Sequence record: CM022108.1
Length of the DNA: 31,444 bases
Direction: 5' to 3' (one strand)
Shown: in pieces, positions 1-7,343 of the stretch
Layout: every line of letters begins with the position of its first letter
How positions within the stretch are numbered: position 1 is the first letter of the stretch
Notes under the pieces: model-generated
Told to the model about the DNA's origin: nothing
What the model saw: the letters and a program-made list of their open reading frames with translations, nothing else
Databases searched by the model: none
Position numbers and translations under genes: made by a program

Positions 1-1
1 C

Positions 2-403
2 CCTTTTGATCTTCCAGAAGCTGAAGCTGAATTAGTGGCAGGATATAATGTGGAATATTCCAGTATGGGATTTGCTCTTTTTTTCTTAGGAGAATACGCC
101 AATATGATGGTGATGAGTAGTCTCTGTGTTATTTTTTTTCTCGGAGGTTGGCTTCCACCCTTGGATATTGCCTTGTTTTATTGGGTACCACCAAGTTTTT
201 GGTTTGCTCTCAAAGTTGCTGGTATTTTATTTCTATATATTTGGGTACGAGCGTGTTATCCCCGATATCGATACGATCAACTTATGGGACTTGGATGGAA
301 AGTTTTTCTTCCACTTTCCCTTGCATGGGTTGTTTTTGTCGCAGGTGTGTTGCTGAGTTTTGATTGGCTTCCAACTACAGCGGCATTTTTATTAAATATA
401 TAA
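2..403 (+). CDS. nad1: NADH dehydrogenase subunit 1, C-terminal part (5' part lies outside the window)
   Basis: The frame is open from the window edge. [21 protein letters not shown]... and the hydrophobic tail match the Nad1/NuoH signature. TAA at 401-403. Confidence 0.95.
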   Translation, partial: PFDLPEAEAELVAGYNVEYSSMGFALFFLGEYANMMVMSSLCVIFFLGGWLPPLDIALFYWVPPSFWFALKVAGILFLYIWVRACYPRYRYDQLMGLGWKVFLPLSLAWVVFVAGVLLSFDWLPTTAAFLLNI

Positions 404-981
404 ACAATATCACCTTGCTTTTTTGGTGCAAGGGTTTCCCATGGACTTCCATATTCAAAATATCGAAATTCTTGGGCTAATTCTACAGGTTCTGTGATAA
501 CACGCTTTTCACTATCACAATATCGATATTCATGAAAGCCAGTTAATGGAAAGTCTTTACGAAGTGGATGTCCTTGAAATCCATAATCTGTAAGAATACG
601 GCGAAGGTCTGGATGACCTTGAAAAAAAACTCCAAACATATCCCACACTTCACGTTCCCACCAACCTGCACTTTTATAGAGACCAGTCACGGATGCCAGT
701 GGTTGGTGTTCATAAATATCAGTACATACACGAATACGAGATGCATATTCCACACTTAAAAGATGATACACCACACGAAATCGACGTGTATGATGAGGAT
801 AATCCACAGCTGTGACATCCACAAGACATTTATATTGAGTTTGACTATGGTCACGGAGATATGAAAGACATGGAATCACATGTTCTGGAGCCACGTACAG
901 TGTGAGTTCTCCACGGCGCCATTGGGTTTCTTGAAGCCATTGAGGAATCTCTTGACGTAAGGTTTCTGCAAATGGGTGCAT
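277..981 (-). CDS. nad9: NADH dehydrogenase subunit 9, with an atypical 52-codon 3' extension
   Basis: ATG at 981-979. The core ...[43 protein letters not shown]...[13 protein letters not shown] is the Nad9/NuoC signature and ends near 436. The first in-frame stop is TGA at 279-277, inside the antisense of nad1. Confidence 0.9.
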   Translation of the reverse strand: MHPFAETLRQEIPQWLQETQWRRGELTLYVAPEHVIPCLSYLRDHSQTQYKCLVDVTAVDYPHHTRRFRVVYHLLSVEYASRIRVCTDIYEHQPLASVTGLYKSAGWWEREVWDMFGVFFQGHPDLRRILTDYGFQGHPLRKDFPLTGFHEYRYCDSEKRVITEPVELAQEFRYFEYGSPWETLAPKKQGDIVYIFNKNAAVVGSQSKLSNTPATKTTHARESGRKTFHPSPIS

Positions 982-1016
982 ACAAATAGAGAGTTTTTAT
1001 AACATACAACGTTGTA

Positions 1017-1089
1017 TGGAAACGACCGGATTTGAACCGATGACCTCATGCGTGCAAAGCATGCGTTCTACCAACTAAACTACGCTCCC
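1017..1089 (-). tRNA. trnA: tRNA-Ala(UGC)
   Basis: Hand-folded cloverleaf. Acceptor GGGAGCG/CGTTTCC with G3:U70, anticodon loop TTTGCAC, T-arm ATCGG-TTCAAAT-CCGGT. 73 nt, no encoded CCA. Confidence 0.9.
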
Positions 1090-1101
1090 AAGATACACTC
1101 T

Positions 1102-1188
1102 CGGAAGAAATGGGATTTGAACCCATGGTATACATGTGTATACGCTGATTTAGCAAACCAGTACCTTAAACCACTCAGTCATTCTTCC
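1102..1188 (-). tRNA. trnS: tRNA-Ser(GCU)
   Basis: Acceptor GGAAGAA/TTCTTCC, anticodon stem CTGGT/ATCAG with loop TTGCTAA, long variable arm, T-loop TTCAAAT. 87 nt. Confidence 0.88.
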
Positions 1189-1240
1189 TATAGGTATCCA
1201 ACTTGATTGTTGTATCAAACCTATGATATTATGATATATG

Positions 1241-1324
1241 TACGGATGGCAGGACTTGAACCCGCAAGGCATAAATACCTCCAGAACCTAAACCTGGTGT
1301 GTCTACCAATTCCACCACACCCGC
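1241..1324 (-). tRNA. trnL: tRNA-Leu(UAG)
   Basis: Acceptor GCGGGTG/CATCCGT, anticodon stem CCAGG/TCTGG with loop TTTAGGT, long variable arm, T-arm GCGGG-TTCAAGT-CCTGC. 84 nt. Confidence 0.88.
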
Positions 1325-1335
1325 ACATAGTCTAT

Positions 1336-1408
1336 TGAGCTCGAGTGGACTCGAACCACTAACCTTCTCGTTGTAAGCGAGCTGCTCTGCCAATTGAGCT
1401 ACGTGCCC
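1336..1408 (-). tRNA. trnV: tRNA-Val(UAC)
   Basis: Acceptor GGGCACG/CGAGCTC (one A5-A68 mismatch), D-arm GCTC/GAGC, anticodon loop CTTACAA, T-arm AGTGG-TTCGAGT-CCACT. 73 nt. Confidence 0.85.
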
Positions 1409-1488
1409 TACACCCTGATATACAAAAAAGCTATCAACACATATACATATCATTGTGGTGTATTGTGTTTGTACAACATGCTATACCT

Positions 1489-1575
1489 CGGATGAGAAGG
1501 GATTCGAACCCCTGATACGGAATGCCGCATGTCGGTTTTCAAGACCGATACCTTAAACCACTCAGACACTCATCC
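1489..1575 (-). tRNA. trnS: tRNA-Ser(UGA)
   Basis: Acceptor GGATGAG/CTCATCC, anticodon stem CGGTC/GACCG-type with loop TTGAAAA, long variable arm, T-loop TTCGAAT. 87 nt. Confidence 0.88.
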
Positions 1576-1634
1576 ATATCATATCACGTGATACACACAC
1601 AGAAACCTTACCATCATTAAAGACATAGGGTATT

Positions 1635-1656
1635 TATAGATAGGATATCTATAGAA
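1635..1656. repeat. 22-nt spacer hairpin element, copy 1 (TATAGATAGGATATCTATAGAA)
   Basis: 7-bp stem TATAGAT/ATCTATA with loop AGGAT, in the trnS(UGA)-trnF spacer. 21 of 22 nt match 15768-15789. Confidence 0.7.
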
Positions 1657-1676
1657 GATGCGTTGTCGAGAGTATT

Positions 1677-1748
1677 TGTCTAGAAGAGGATTTGAACCTC
1701 TGACCCAAGGATTTTCAGTCCTTTGCTCTACCGCTGAGCTATCTAGAC
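1677..1748 (-). tRNA. trnF: tRNA-Phe(GAA)
   Basis: GTCTAGA-TA-GCTC-AGCGGTA-GAGC-A-AAGGA-CTGAAAA-TCCTT-GGGTC-AGAGG-TTCAAAT-CCTCT-TCTAGAC-A. Perfect cloverleaf, 72 nt. Confidence 0.93.
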
Positions 1749-1759
1749 ACCACATGACA

Positions 1760-1831
1760 CTGGGGTGAAAGGATTCGAACCTTTGCCTGTCGGATCCAAA
1801 TTCCGATGCCTTACCACTTGGCTACACCCCA
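1760..1831 (-). tRNA. trnQ: tRNA-Gln(UUG)
   Basis: Bacterial-type U1-A72 acceptor TGGGGTG/CACCCCA with discriminator G. Anticodon stem TCGGA/TCCGA, loop ATTTGGA. 72 nt. Confidence 0.9.
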
Positions 1832-1850
1832 TACACTATATCCTGGAGAT

Positions 1851-2600
1851 CTAGTGAAGATTAATAGCATCATTAAGATAAATACATAGAAGAATGGTAA
1901 ACACATAGGCTTGAAGACATGCCACACCAATTTCTAAACCTGTCAGGGCTAACACCACGCCAAAGGGAACAACACTGGCAACAGCTAGAATACCCCCAAC
2001 ACTTAACATGGTCCATGCAAATCCACTGAGAATTTTTACCAGTGTATGTCCAGCCATCATATTGGCAAACAGTCGAACACCAAGACTTACAGCACGAAAA
2101 CTATAACTCACCAATTCTAATACCACAAGAAGTGGTGCTAGAGCCAGAGGTGCTCCTTTTGGTAAAAGAAAACTTAAAAAGTGGAGTCCATGAGTTTGAA
2201 AACCAATTAATGTCACACCCACAAATAAACTCAGAGATAAACCAAAAGTCACAACCATATGACTTGTTGCTGTAAAACTATATGGAATCATACCAATTAA
2301 ATTAGTACTGAGTAAAAAGAGAAAGGTTGTAAAAATCAGTGGAAAATATCGACGTCCCACTGTACCAATTTGCTCAGAAACAAGACCCACAACAAATTCA
2401 TACATCATTTCCACAAGACTTTGCCAACGACCTGGTACAACAAAGCCTCCTTGGCGTGTTACCGAATACAACAGTGTGGATACAAGAGCAGTTGCCAATA
2501 ACATATAGAGACTACTATTGGTAAAATTAAGATAGTAATGTCCCACGTGAAGTGGAAATAGACTGACAATGGAAAATTGTTCAAGTGGTGTTGAAATCAT
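1851..2600 (-). CDS. atp6: ATP synthase F0 subunit a
   Basis: MISTPLEQFSIV... start and ...RLFANMMAGHTL...LEIGVACLQAYVFTILLCIYLNDAINLH are Atp6 signatures. TAG at 1853-1851. The ORF stays open upstream to 2669 (23 extra non-conserved codons). Confidence 0.93.
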   Translation of the reverse strand: MISTPLEQFSIVSLFPLHVGHYYLNFTNSSLYMLLATALVSTLLYSVTRQGGFVVPGRWQSLVEMMYEFVVGLVSEQIGTVGRRYFPLIFTTFLFLLSTNLIGMIPYSFTATSHMVVTFGLSLSLFVGVTLIGFQTHGLHFLSFLLPKGAPLALAPLLVVLELVSYSFRAVSLGVRLFANMMAGHTLVKILSGFAWTMLSVGGILAVASVVPFGVVLALTGLEIGVACLQAYVFTILLCIYLNDAINLH

Positions 2601-2707
2601 ATAAACTATACGATGTTTTTTGGTGTACTCCCGTGTATGATATATATCATACACTCTAGAAACAACCATGACAAATGGCGGAAATACGTCTCTCTATTCA
2701 TGTCTAT

Positions 2708-2717
2708 CATATAGAGA
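2708..2717 (+). promoter_or_regulatory. candidate promoter word CATATAGAGA (faces trnN-cob block)
   Basis: One member of a recurring YATATAGAG word found in all four divergent spacers, each oriented toward the downstream block. Confidence 0.25.
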
Positions 2718-2747
2718 AACACAGGACATTCTCACCCCTCTATCCTG

Positions 2748-2780
2748 GGTTTTGTGATATCTATAGACATTCACAAAACC
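2748..2780. other. 10-bp hairpin in the divergent atp6/trnN spacer
   Basis: GGTTTTGTGA (2748-2757) pairs perfectly with TCACAAAACC (2771-2780). The 13-nt loop TATCTATAGACAT displays the octamer TCTATAGA. Confidence 0.6.
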
Positions 2781-2850
2781 ATATGGTGTATCCCGCTGTG
2801 TCAACGTATATGTCCAAGCACCTAGACATATACGTGTAGTGCAGGGTATA

Positions 2851-2922
2851 TCTCCAGTAGCTCAGTGGCAGAGCATGTGGCTGTTAACCATATGGTCGCT
2901 GGTTCAAATCCAGCCTGGGGAG
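2851..2922 (+). tRNA. trnN: tRNA-Asn(GUU)
   Basis: Acceptor TCTCCAG/CTGGGGA, D-arm GCTC/GAGC, anticodon stem TGTGG/CCATA with loop CTGTTAA, T-arm GCTGG-TTCAAAT-CCAGC. 72 nt. Confidence 0.9.
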
Positions 2923-2950
2923 ACCCTTGAGAAAACATATCAATCTCTCT

Positions 2951-4129
2951 ATGAAGCGCGTATCTATGATGAAACAACCGCTTTTATCCATTGTCAATGA
3001 TCATGTATCAGACTATCCATCTCCAAGCAATTTAAACTATTTTTGGAGTTTTGGAAGTATTGCTGGTATTTGTCTTGTGGTACAAATTGCCACAGGTATT
3101 TTTCTTGCCATGCACTATACACCTCATGTAGATCTTGCCTTTGCAAGTGTCGAACACATTATGCGTGATGTTGAAGGTGGATGGTTTTTACGCTATATGC
3201 ATGCTAATGGTGCCAGTATGTTTTTTATTGTTGTGTATTTACATATGTTTCGTGGTCTCTACTATGGAAGTTATGCGCAACCACGTGAATTACTCTGGTG
3301 TATTGGTGTTGTTATTTTATTACTTATGATTATTACTGCCTTTATTGGATATGTGCTACCATGGGGACAAATGAGCTTTTGGGGAGCCACAGTGATTACC
3401 AGTTTAGCAAGTGCCATTCCAGTGGTTGGTGATAGTATTGTGACGTGGTTATGGGGTGGTTTTTCCATTGATAATGCCACACTCAATCGATTTTTTAGTC
3501 TTCACTATTTATTACCATTTATTATTGCTGGAGCTAGTGTGGTACATCTTGCAGCACTGCATCAATATGGATCAAATAACCCACTCGGTACTAATAGTGC
3601 TGTGGATAAACTAAGTTTATACCCCTATTTCTATGTCAAGGATCTTGTGGCATGGGTGTTTTTTGCTATGGTATTTTCTGCATTTGTATATTTCTATCCA
3701 AACACATTAGGACATCCGGATAATTATATTCCAGCGAATCCCATGTCAACACCTGCTCATATTGTACCAGAATGGTATTTTTTATGGGTATATGCTATTT
3801 TACGTAGTATTCCCAATAAATTAGGTGGTGTCGCGGCTATTGCTCTGGTATTTATTTCACTGCTTGTGTTACCATTTATCAATACATCACCTATTCGTAG
3901 TAGTAATTTTCGTCCACTCTATAAACGTCTCTACTGGCTTTTAGTTGCTGATGTTGTTATGCTGAGTTGGTTAGGACAACAACCTGTGGAAGATCCCTAT
4001 ATTACCCTGGGACAATTGGGAAGTGTGTATTTTTTTATTTACTTTTTAGTATGTATTCCACTTCTTGGTCGTGTAGAACATGCACTACTTACCTATACAA
4101 CAAAAAAACCATCTATGGCACACGAATAG
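2951..4129 (+). CDS. cob: apocytochrome b
   Basis: ...[27 protein letters not shown]...WGATVITSL...[22 protein letters not shown] are cytochrome b signatures. First ATG at 2951 (alternatives 2966/2969; the ORF track opens at TTG 2927). TAG stop at 4127-4129. Confidence 0.95.
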   Translation: MKRVSMMKQPLLSIVNDHVSDYPSPSNLNYFWSFGSIAGICLVVQIATGIFLAMHYTPHVDLAFASVEHIMRDVEGGWFLRYMHANGASMFFIVVYLHMFRGLYYGSYAQPRELLWCIGVVILLLMIITAFIGYVLPWGQMSFWGATVITSLASAIPVVGDSIVTWLWGGFSIDNATLNRFFSLHYLLPFIIAGASVVHLAALHQYGSNNPLGTNSAVDKLSLYPYFYVKDLVAWVFFAMVFSAFVYFYPNTLGHPDNYIPANPMSTPAHIVPEWYFLWVYAILRSIPNKLGGVAAIALVFISLLVLPFINTSPIRSSNFRPLYKRLYWLLVADVVMLSWLGQQPVEDPYITLGQLGSVYFFIYFLVCIPLLGRVEHALLTYTTKKPSMAHE

Positions 4130-4231
4130 CCATGTGATGTGTTTTTTTTTGTTGTACTATCCACATACATACCATCTAGATATTTTTTCTAGAAATATCG
4201 TTTATTGATAGTATGTTTCTATGTGGTGTAT

Positions 4232-4253
4232 GTATTTTCTTCTAGGAGAATAC
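4232..4253. other. hairpin GTATTTTC-TTCTAG-GAGAATAC immediately 5' of trnD
   Basis: 8-bp stem (one G-U pair). The core ATTTTCTTCTAGGAGAAT recurs with a 1-nt deletion at 29847-29863. Confidence 0.5.
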
Positions 4254-4257
4254 ATGT

Positions 4258-4331
4258 GAGGACATAGCTTAGTTGGTCAGAGTATTGGCCTGTCACGCCA
4301 AAGGTCGCGGGTTCGAGCCCCGTTGTCCTCG
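4258..4331 (+). tRNA. trnD: tRNA-Asp(GUC)
   Basis: Acceptor GAGGACA/TGTCCTC, anticodon stem TTGGC/GCCAA with loop CTGTCAC, T-arm GCGGG-TTCGAGC-CCCGT. 74 nt. Confidence 0.92.
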
Positions 4332-4349
4332 ATAAAATAGACACGATAT

Positions 4350-4703
4350 ATGCAAGAATTTCTAGGTATTTTTATCTATTTTGCCATTGCCACAGCATTG
4401 GCAAGTGTATTAGCAGGTGTGTCGTATATTTTTAGTACACAACGACCTGATGCGGAAAAAATTTCCGCATACGAGTGTGGATTTGATCCATTTGATGATT
4501 CACGTGGTCAATTTGATGTTCAATTTTATCTTGTGGCCATTTTATTTATTATTTTTGACCTTGAAGTTACATTTCTATTTCCATGGACAGTTGTACTTGG
4601 AGAAATTGGTGGTGTTGGTTTTACATCCATGATGGTGTTTCTTGGCGTACTTACGGTGGGATTTGTCTATGAATGGCGTAAAGGAGCACTTGATTGGTCG
4701 TAA
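4350..4703 (+). CDS. nad3: NADH dehydrogenase subunit 3
   Basis: 117 aa. ...EKISAYECGFDPFDDSRGQFDVQFYLVAILFIIFDLEVTFLFPW...YEWRKGALDW is the Nad3 signature. ATG start, TAA stop. Confidence 0.95.
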   Translation: MQEFLGIFIYFAIATALASVLAGVSYIFSTQRPDAEKISAYECGFDPFDDSRGQFDVQFYLVAILFIIFDLEVTFLFPWTVVLGEIGGVGFTSMMVFLGVLTVGFVYEWRKGALDWS

Positions 4704-4735
4704 ACACACACTCCATGGTTGTGTCTACCCACTAT

Positions 4736-4808
4736 GGGTATGTAGCTCAGTTGGTAGAGCACCGGGCTTTTAACCTGATGGTCGTGGGTTCAAGTCCCCC
4801 CATACCCA
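4736..4808 (+). tRNA. trnK: tRNA-Lys(UUU)
   Basis: Acceptor GGGTATG/CATACCC, D-arm GCTC/GAGC, anticodon loop CTTTTAA. The stems carry C27-A43 and U50-C64 mismatches. 73 nt. Confidence 0.82.
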
Positions 4809-4814
4809 CAGGAT

Positions 4815-4888
4815 GGCGGAGAAGAGAAAATGGTTGTCTCGTCAGGCTCATAATCTGAAGATTGTAGGTTCGAGTCCTACCTCCGCTC
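4815..4888 (+). tRNA. trnfM: tRNA-Met(CAU), probably the initiator (fMet) type
   Basis: Acceptor GGCGGAG/CTCCGCT, D-arm GAGA/TCTC. The segment TCAGG-CTCATAA-TCTGA-AGATT-GTAGG-TTCGAGT closely resembles the plant mitochondrial trnfM as I recall it. Discriminator is C. 74 nt. Confidence 0.75.
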
Positions 4889-4985
4889 TATACTATTTTT
4901 TTAGTAAATATCTTGACATCCACACATCTCGGATAGAATATCTCTTGTACATTGTTATATACTGTATTTCTAAAAACATTTCTCT

Positions 4986-5666
4986 ATGACACACTGGACA
5001 TGGTTACCAAGTAGTGTATGGCAACACTCTCGACAAGGTATTGCTCAACAGCGTGGGTGGCATCCCACGACAACATCCTTTGTGTATGGAGAACGAGATG
5101 GTATGGTTGTATCAACATCACCCCAATATCGTCGTGGTGTTTTACGTGCAGCTCGTGTGTTATATGATATTATTCAACAAGGTGGTCATGTATGGGTGGT
5201 GAATACATCACCTCAGTGTGCCTTTATGTTGGAAAAAATCTCCCATATGCATTGTGACACGGTGAGTTATAGTAGTCATGCCTGGACACCTGGTACACTT
5301 ACAAATTGGTCCAGTGTTTCTCGTTCTGTGTTATCCTATGGTATGTTTGAACATCGTTGTTCCAAACGTGTCTCCCAAGATCTTCTTGACTTTCCTCGAT
5401 ATCGTCGTGTTCGTCGTCATTTTCAAGGTCTTATTTCACCACAGGGAGTACCATCACCTCGACCAGATATTCTTATTCTTATGAATCCAGGTGACACACC
5501 CTATATTGTGAATGAAGCAGCACGAATGCATATTCCTGTGATTGGTTTTGTGGAATCAGATACACCATGTACACAAATTCACTATCCAATTCCTGTTTCT
5601 ATGGGAAATCTATCACTTCTCTATACAACTCTTGTGCTCTTACTTGGTATGTGTTCGCGGAAATAG
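4986..5666 (+). CDS. rps2: ribosomal protein S2
   Basis: 226 aa. ...GGHVWVVNTSPQ...AWTPGTLTNW...RPDILILMNPGDTPYIVNEAARMHIPVIGFVESDTPCTQIHYPIPV follows the uS2 pattern. The TAG stop at 5664-5666 lies inside trnG(GCC). Confidence 0.85.
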   Translation: MTHWTWLPSSVWQHSRQGIAQQRGWHPTTTSFVYGERDGMVVSTSPQYRRGVLRAARVLYDIIQQGGHVWVVNTSPQCAFMLEKISHMHCDTVSYSSHAWTPGTLTNWSSVSRSVLSYGMFEHRCSKRVSQDLLDFPRYRRVRRHFQGLISPQGVPSPRPDILILMNPGDTPYIVNEAARMHIPVIGFVESDTPCTQIHYPIPVSMGNLSLLYTTLVLLLGMCSRK

Positions 5667-5728
5667 CTCAGTGGTAGAGCGCTGCCTTGCCAAGGCCGAG
5701 GTCGAGGGTTCAAATCCCTTTTTCCGCT
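5657..5728 (+). tRNA. trnG: tRNA-Gly(GCC)
   Basis: Acceptor GCGGAAA/TTTCCGC, D-arm GCTC/GAGC, anticodon loop TTGCCAA (stem has a U28-C42 mismatch), T-arm GAGGG-TTCAAAT-CCCTT. 72 nt. The first 10 nt overlap the rps2 3' end. Confidence 0.85.
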
Positions 5729-5792
5729 TCTATACGTGTATACACTCTATGTGGTACATTTGTGGTATATACTTAAAAATATAGTGCGTTGT

Positions 5793-6104
5793 ATGTCTCG
5801 TACCCGTTTTGCTTCGATAAATCGTGATCTTGCTCGCCGTCGCTTATATCAGGAATATGAAGCTCGTCGACGTGCTCTTGTGGCGCTCTATCATGATCAA
5901 CACCTTGTCCCGGAGCAACGAAATGATGTCATGCAAGCTCTTCATGAATTGCCACGAAGTACATCACTGACGCGTACTCATCGTCGATGTAGTGTGTCTG
6001 GTCGTAGCCGTGGTGTGTTGCGTCGATATCGTATTTCTCGACTTGTATTTCGACGTCTTGCTGCCCAAGGACGTCTTCCAGGTGTGTATAAGGCCAGTTG
6101 GTAG
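5793..6104 (+). CDS. rps14: ribosomal protein S14
   Basis: MSRTRFASINRDLARRRLYQEYEARRRAL...PRSTSLTRTHRRCSVSGRSRGVLRRYRISRLVFRRLAAQGRLPGVYKASW is the uS14 signature. ATG at 5793 (the ORF is open from 5736). TAG stop. Confidence 0.92.
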   Translation: MSRTRFASINRDLARRRLYQEYEARRRALVALYHDQHLVPEQRNDVMQALHELPRSTSLTRTHRRCSVSGRSRGVLRRYRISRLVFRRLAAQGRLPGVYKASW

Positions 6105-6116
6105 TTGTATATGGTG

Positions 6117-6190
6117 GGTGAATATAACTTAGTCGGTTAAAGTGTCAGACTGTGACTCTGGAAACACGGGTTCAAATCCCGTTATTCGCC
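6117..6190 (+). tRNA. trnH: tRNA-His(GUG) with encoded G-1
   Basis: G-1 paired to discriminator C73. Acceptor GTGAATA/TATTCGC, anticodon stem TCAGA/TCTGG with loop CTGTGAC, T-arm ACGGG-TTCAAAT-CCCGT. Confidence 0.88.
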
Positions 6191-6229
6191 CATATTCCTA
6201 TACCATATCCAAGATATAGACTATAGGAT

Positions 6230-6300
6230 GCGGGTATGGATTAATGGTAAATTGTCTGCCTTCCAAGCAGCTGATATGGGTTCGATTCCCATTACCCGCT
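6230..6300 (+). tRNA. trnG: tRNA-Gly(UCC)
   Basis: Acceptor GCGGGTA/TACCCGC, anticodon loop CTTCCAA, T-arm ATGGG-TTCGATT-CCCAT. 71 nt. Confidence 0.88.
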
Positions 6301-6358
6301 TTGATACATCTCAACACCATGTATATCATTGTGTTGTGCATGGTGTATAGTACACAAA

Positions 6359-6432
6359 CAGGGTGTAGCGCAGTTTGGTAGCGCGCCTGTTTTGGGAACA
6401 GGAGGTCGTAGGTTCAAATCCTGCCACCCTGA
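6359..6432 (+). tRNA. trnP: tRNA-Pro(UGG)
   Basis: Bacterial-type C1-G72 acceptor CAGGGTG/CACCCTG, D-arm GCGC/GCGC, anticodon stem CCTGT/ACAGG with loop TTTGGGA. 74 nt. Confidence 0.9.
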
Positions 6433-6502
6433 ACTATTATATTGTCTATATTTTTAATAAATACGTTATATCTATCACTATATAGTATCAACGTGTTTTG
6501 CT

Positions 6503-6889
6503 TTATGTTCGTCGACGTCGTGAAACCCGACATCCATTATGAGCAATTGGTGTTGTATCTTGAATACGAAGAATTTCCATACCCGATTGCGCAAGAGCAC
6601 GAACACAACTATCTTTTCCATATCCAAGACCCTTAACACGAACATAGACACGACGAATACCCATACCAAGGGCACATGTTGCCATATACTCACCAACTGC
6701 TTGAGCACCGTATGTGGTGGATTTTCTACTATGACGAAATCCTAACGTCCCTGCACTTGTCCACGCAAGTGTACGACCCGTAGTATCTGCAAGCGTGACC
6801 ATGGTATTATTACTTGTTGATTGAATTGTTATAATACCAGGTGCGCGAGCTGGACGTGCAAATTTATCTGATTGATACATAAATATCAT
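6503..6889 (-). CDS. rps11: ribosomal protein S11
   Basis: 128 aa. ...GIITIQSTSNNTMVTLADTTGRTLAWTSAGTLGF...KSTTYGAQAVGE...VRVKGLGYGKDSCVRALAQSGMEILRIQDTTPIAHNGCR is the uS11 signature. TAA stop. Confidence 0.93.
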   Translation of the reverse strand: MIFMYQSDKFARPARAPGIITIQSTSNNTMVTLADTTGRTLAWTSAGTLGFRHSRKSTTYGAQAVGEYMATCALGMGIRRVYVRVKGLGYGKDSCVRALAQSGMEILRIQDTTPIAHNGCRVSRRRRT

Positions 6890-6965
6890 CTATCTTTTTA
6901 CATGTGTACTATTCTATAATATAGTGTATAGTATACACATACTATACAGCATGATAAACACAAGA

Positions 6966-7334
6966 TTAGGTATGTGATGTTGTTGTAACACGTGGACTAC
7001 GTCGTCGACTTCGTGCATTAGTATGTGTTCGTTGTCCACGAACTGGAAGATGGGCGACGTGACGAAATCCACGATAGGTTCCCATAGCAATAAGGCGACG
7101 AATAGCTTGTACTCGACGTCGATATGTATCTTGACCAGTGTGATAGTAGGTGGATACAAGTTGTTGCATGTGTTCCCAATCATGTTGTGAAATTTCACAT
7201 ACCCGCATTTGTGTTGAAAATCCCATTTCATCACAGATTTGATGTGCTTGATACATTCCAATACCAGGAATATCTTGAAGAGCTTGTGTTACCAAAACAG
7301 ATGGAGATACATATCGTTGAAAAAGATATGCCAT
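6966..7334 (-). CDS. rps13: ribosomal protein S13
   Basis: ...LQDIPGIGMYQAHQICDEMGF...IRRLIAMGTYRGFRHVAHLPVRGQRTHTNARSRR follows the uS13 pattern. ATG at 7334. An upstream in-frame GTG at 7343 abuts the rpl6 stop. TAA stop. Confidence 0.9.
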   Translation of the reverse strand: MAYLFQRYVSPSVLVTQALQDIPGIGMYQAHQICDEMGFSTQMRVCEISQHDWEHMQQLVSTYYHTGQDTYRRRVQAIRRLIAMGTYRGFRHVAHLPVRGQRTHTNARSRRRSPRVTTTSHT

Positions 7335-7343
7335 ACAGATCAC

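Noticed and set aside
1229-1453. ORFs that translate through tRNA genes: 1229-1453, 5542-5784, 8488-8658, 9086-9274, and the upstream parts of 21917-22585 and 26122-27738
   Set aside because: Peptides such as ...VAQLAEQLAYNEKVSGSSP... and ...SSVVERCLAKAEVEGSNPF... are the classic translation of tRNA D and T arms. The real genes start at downstream conserved Met codons.
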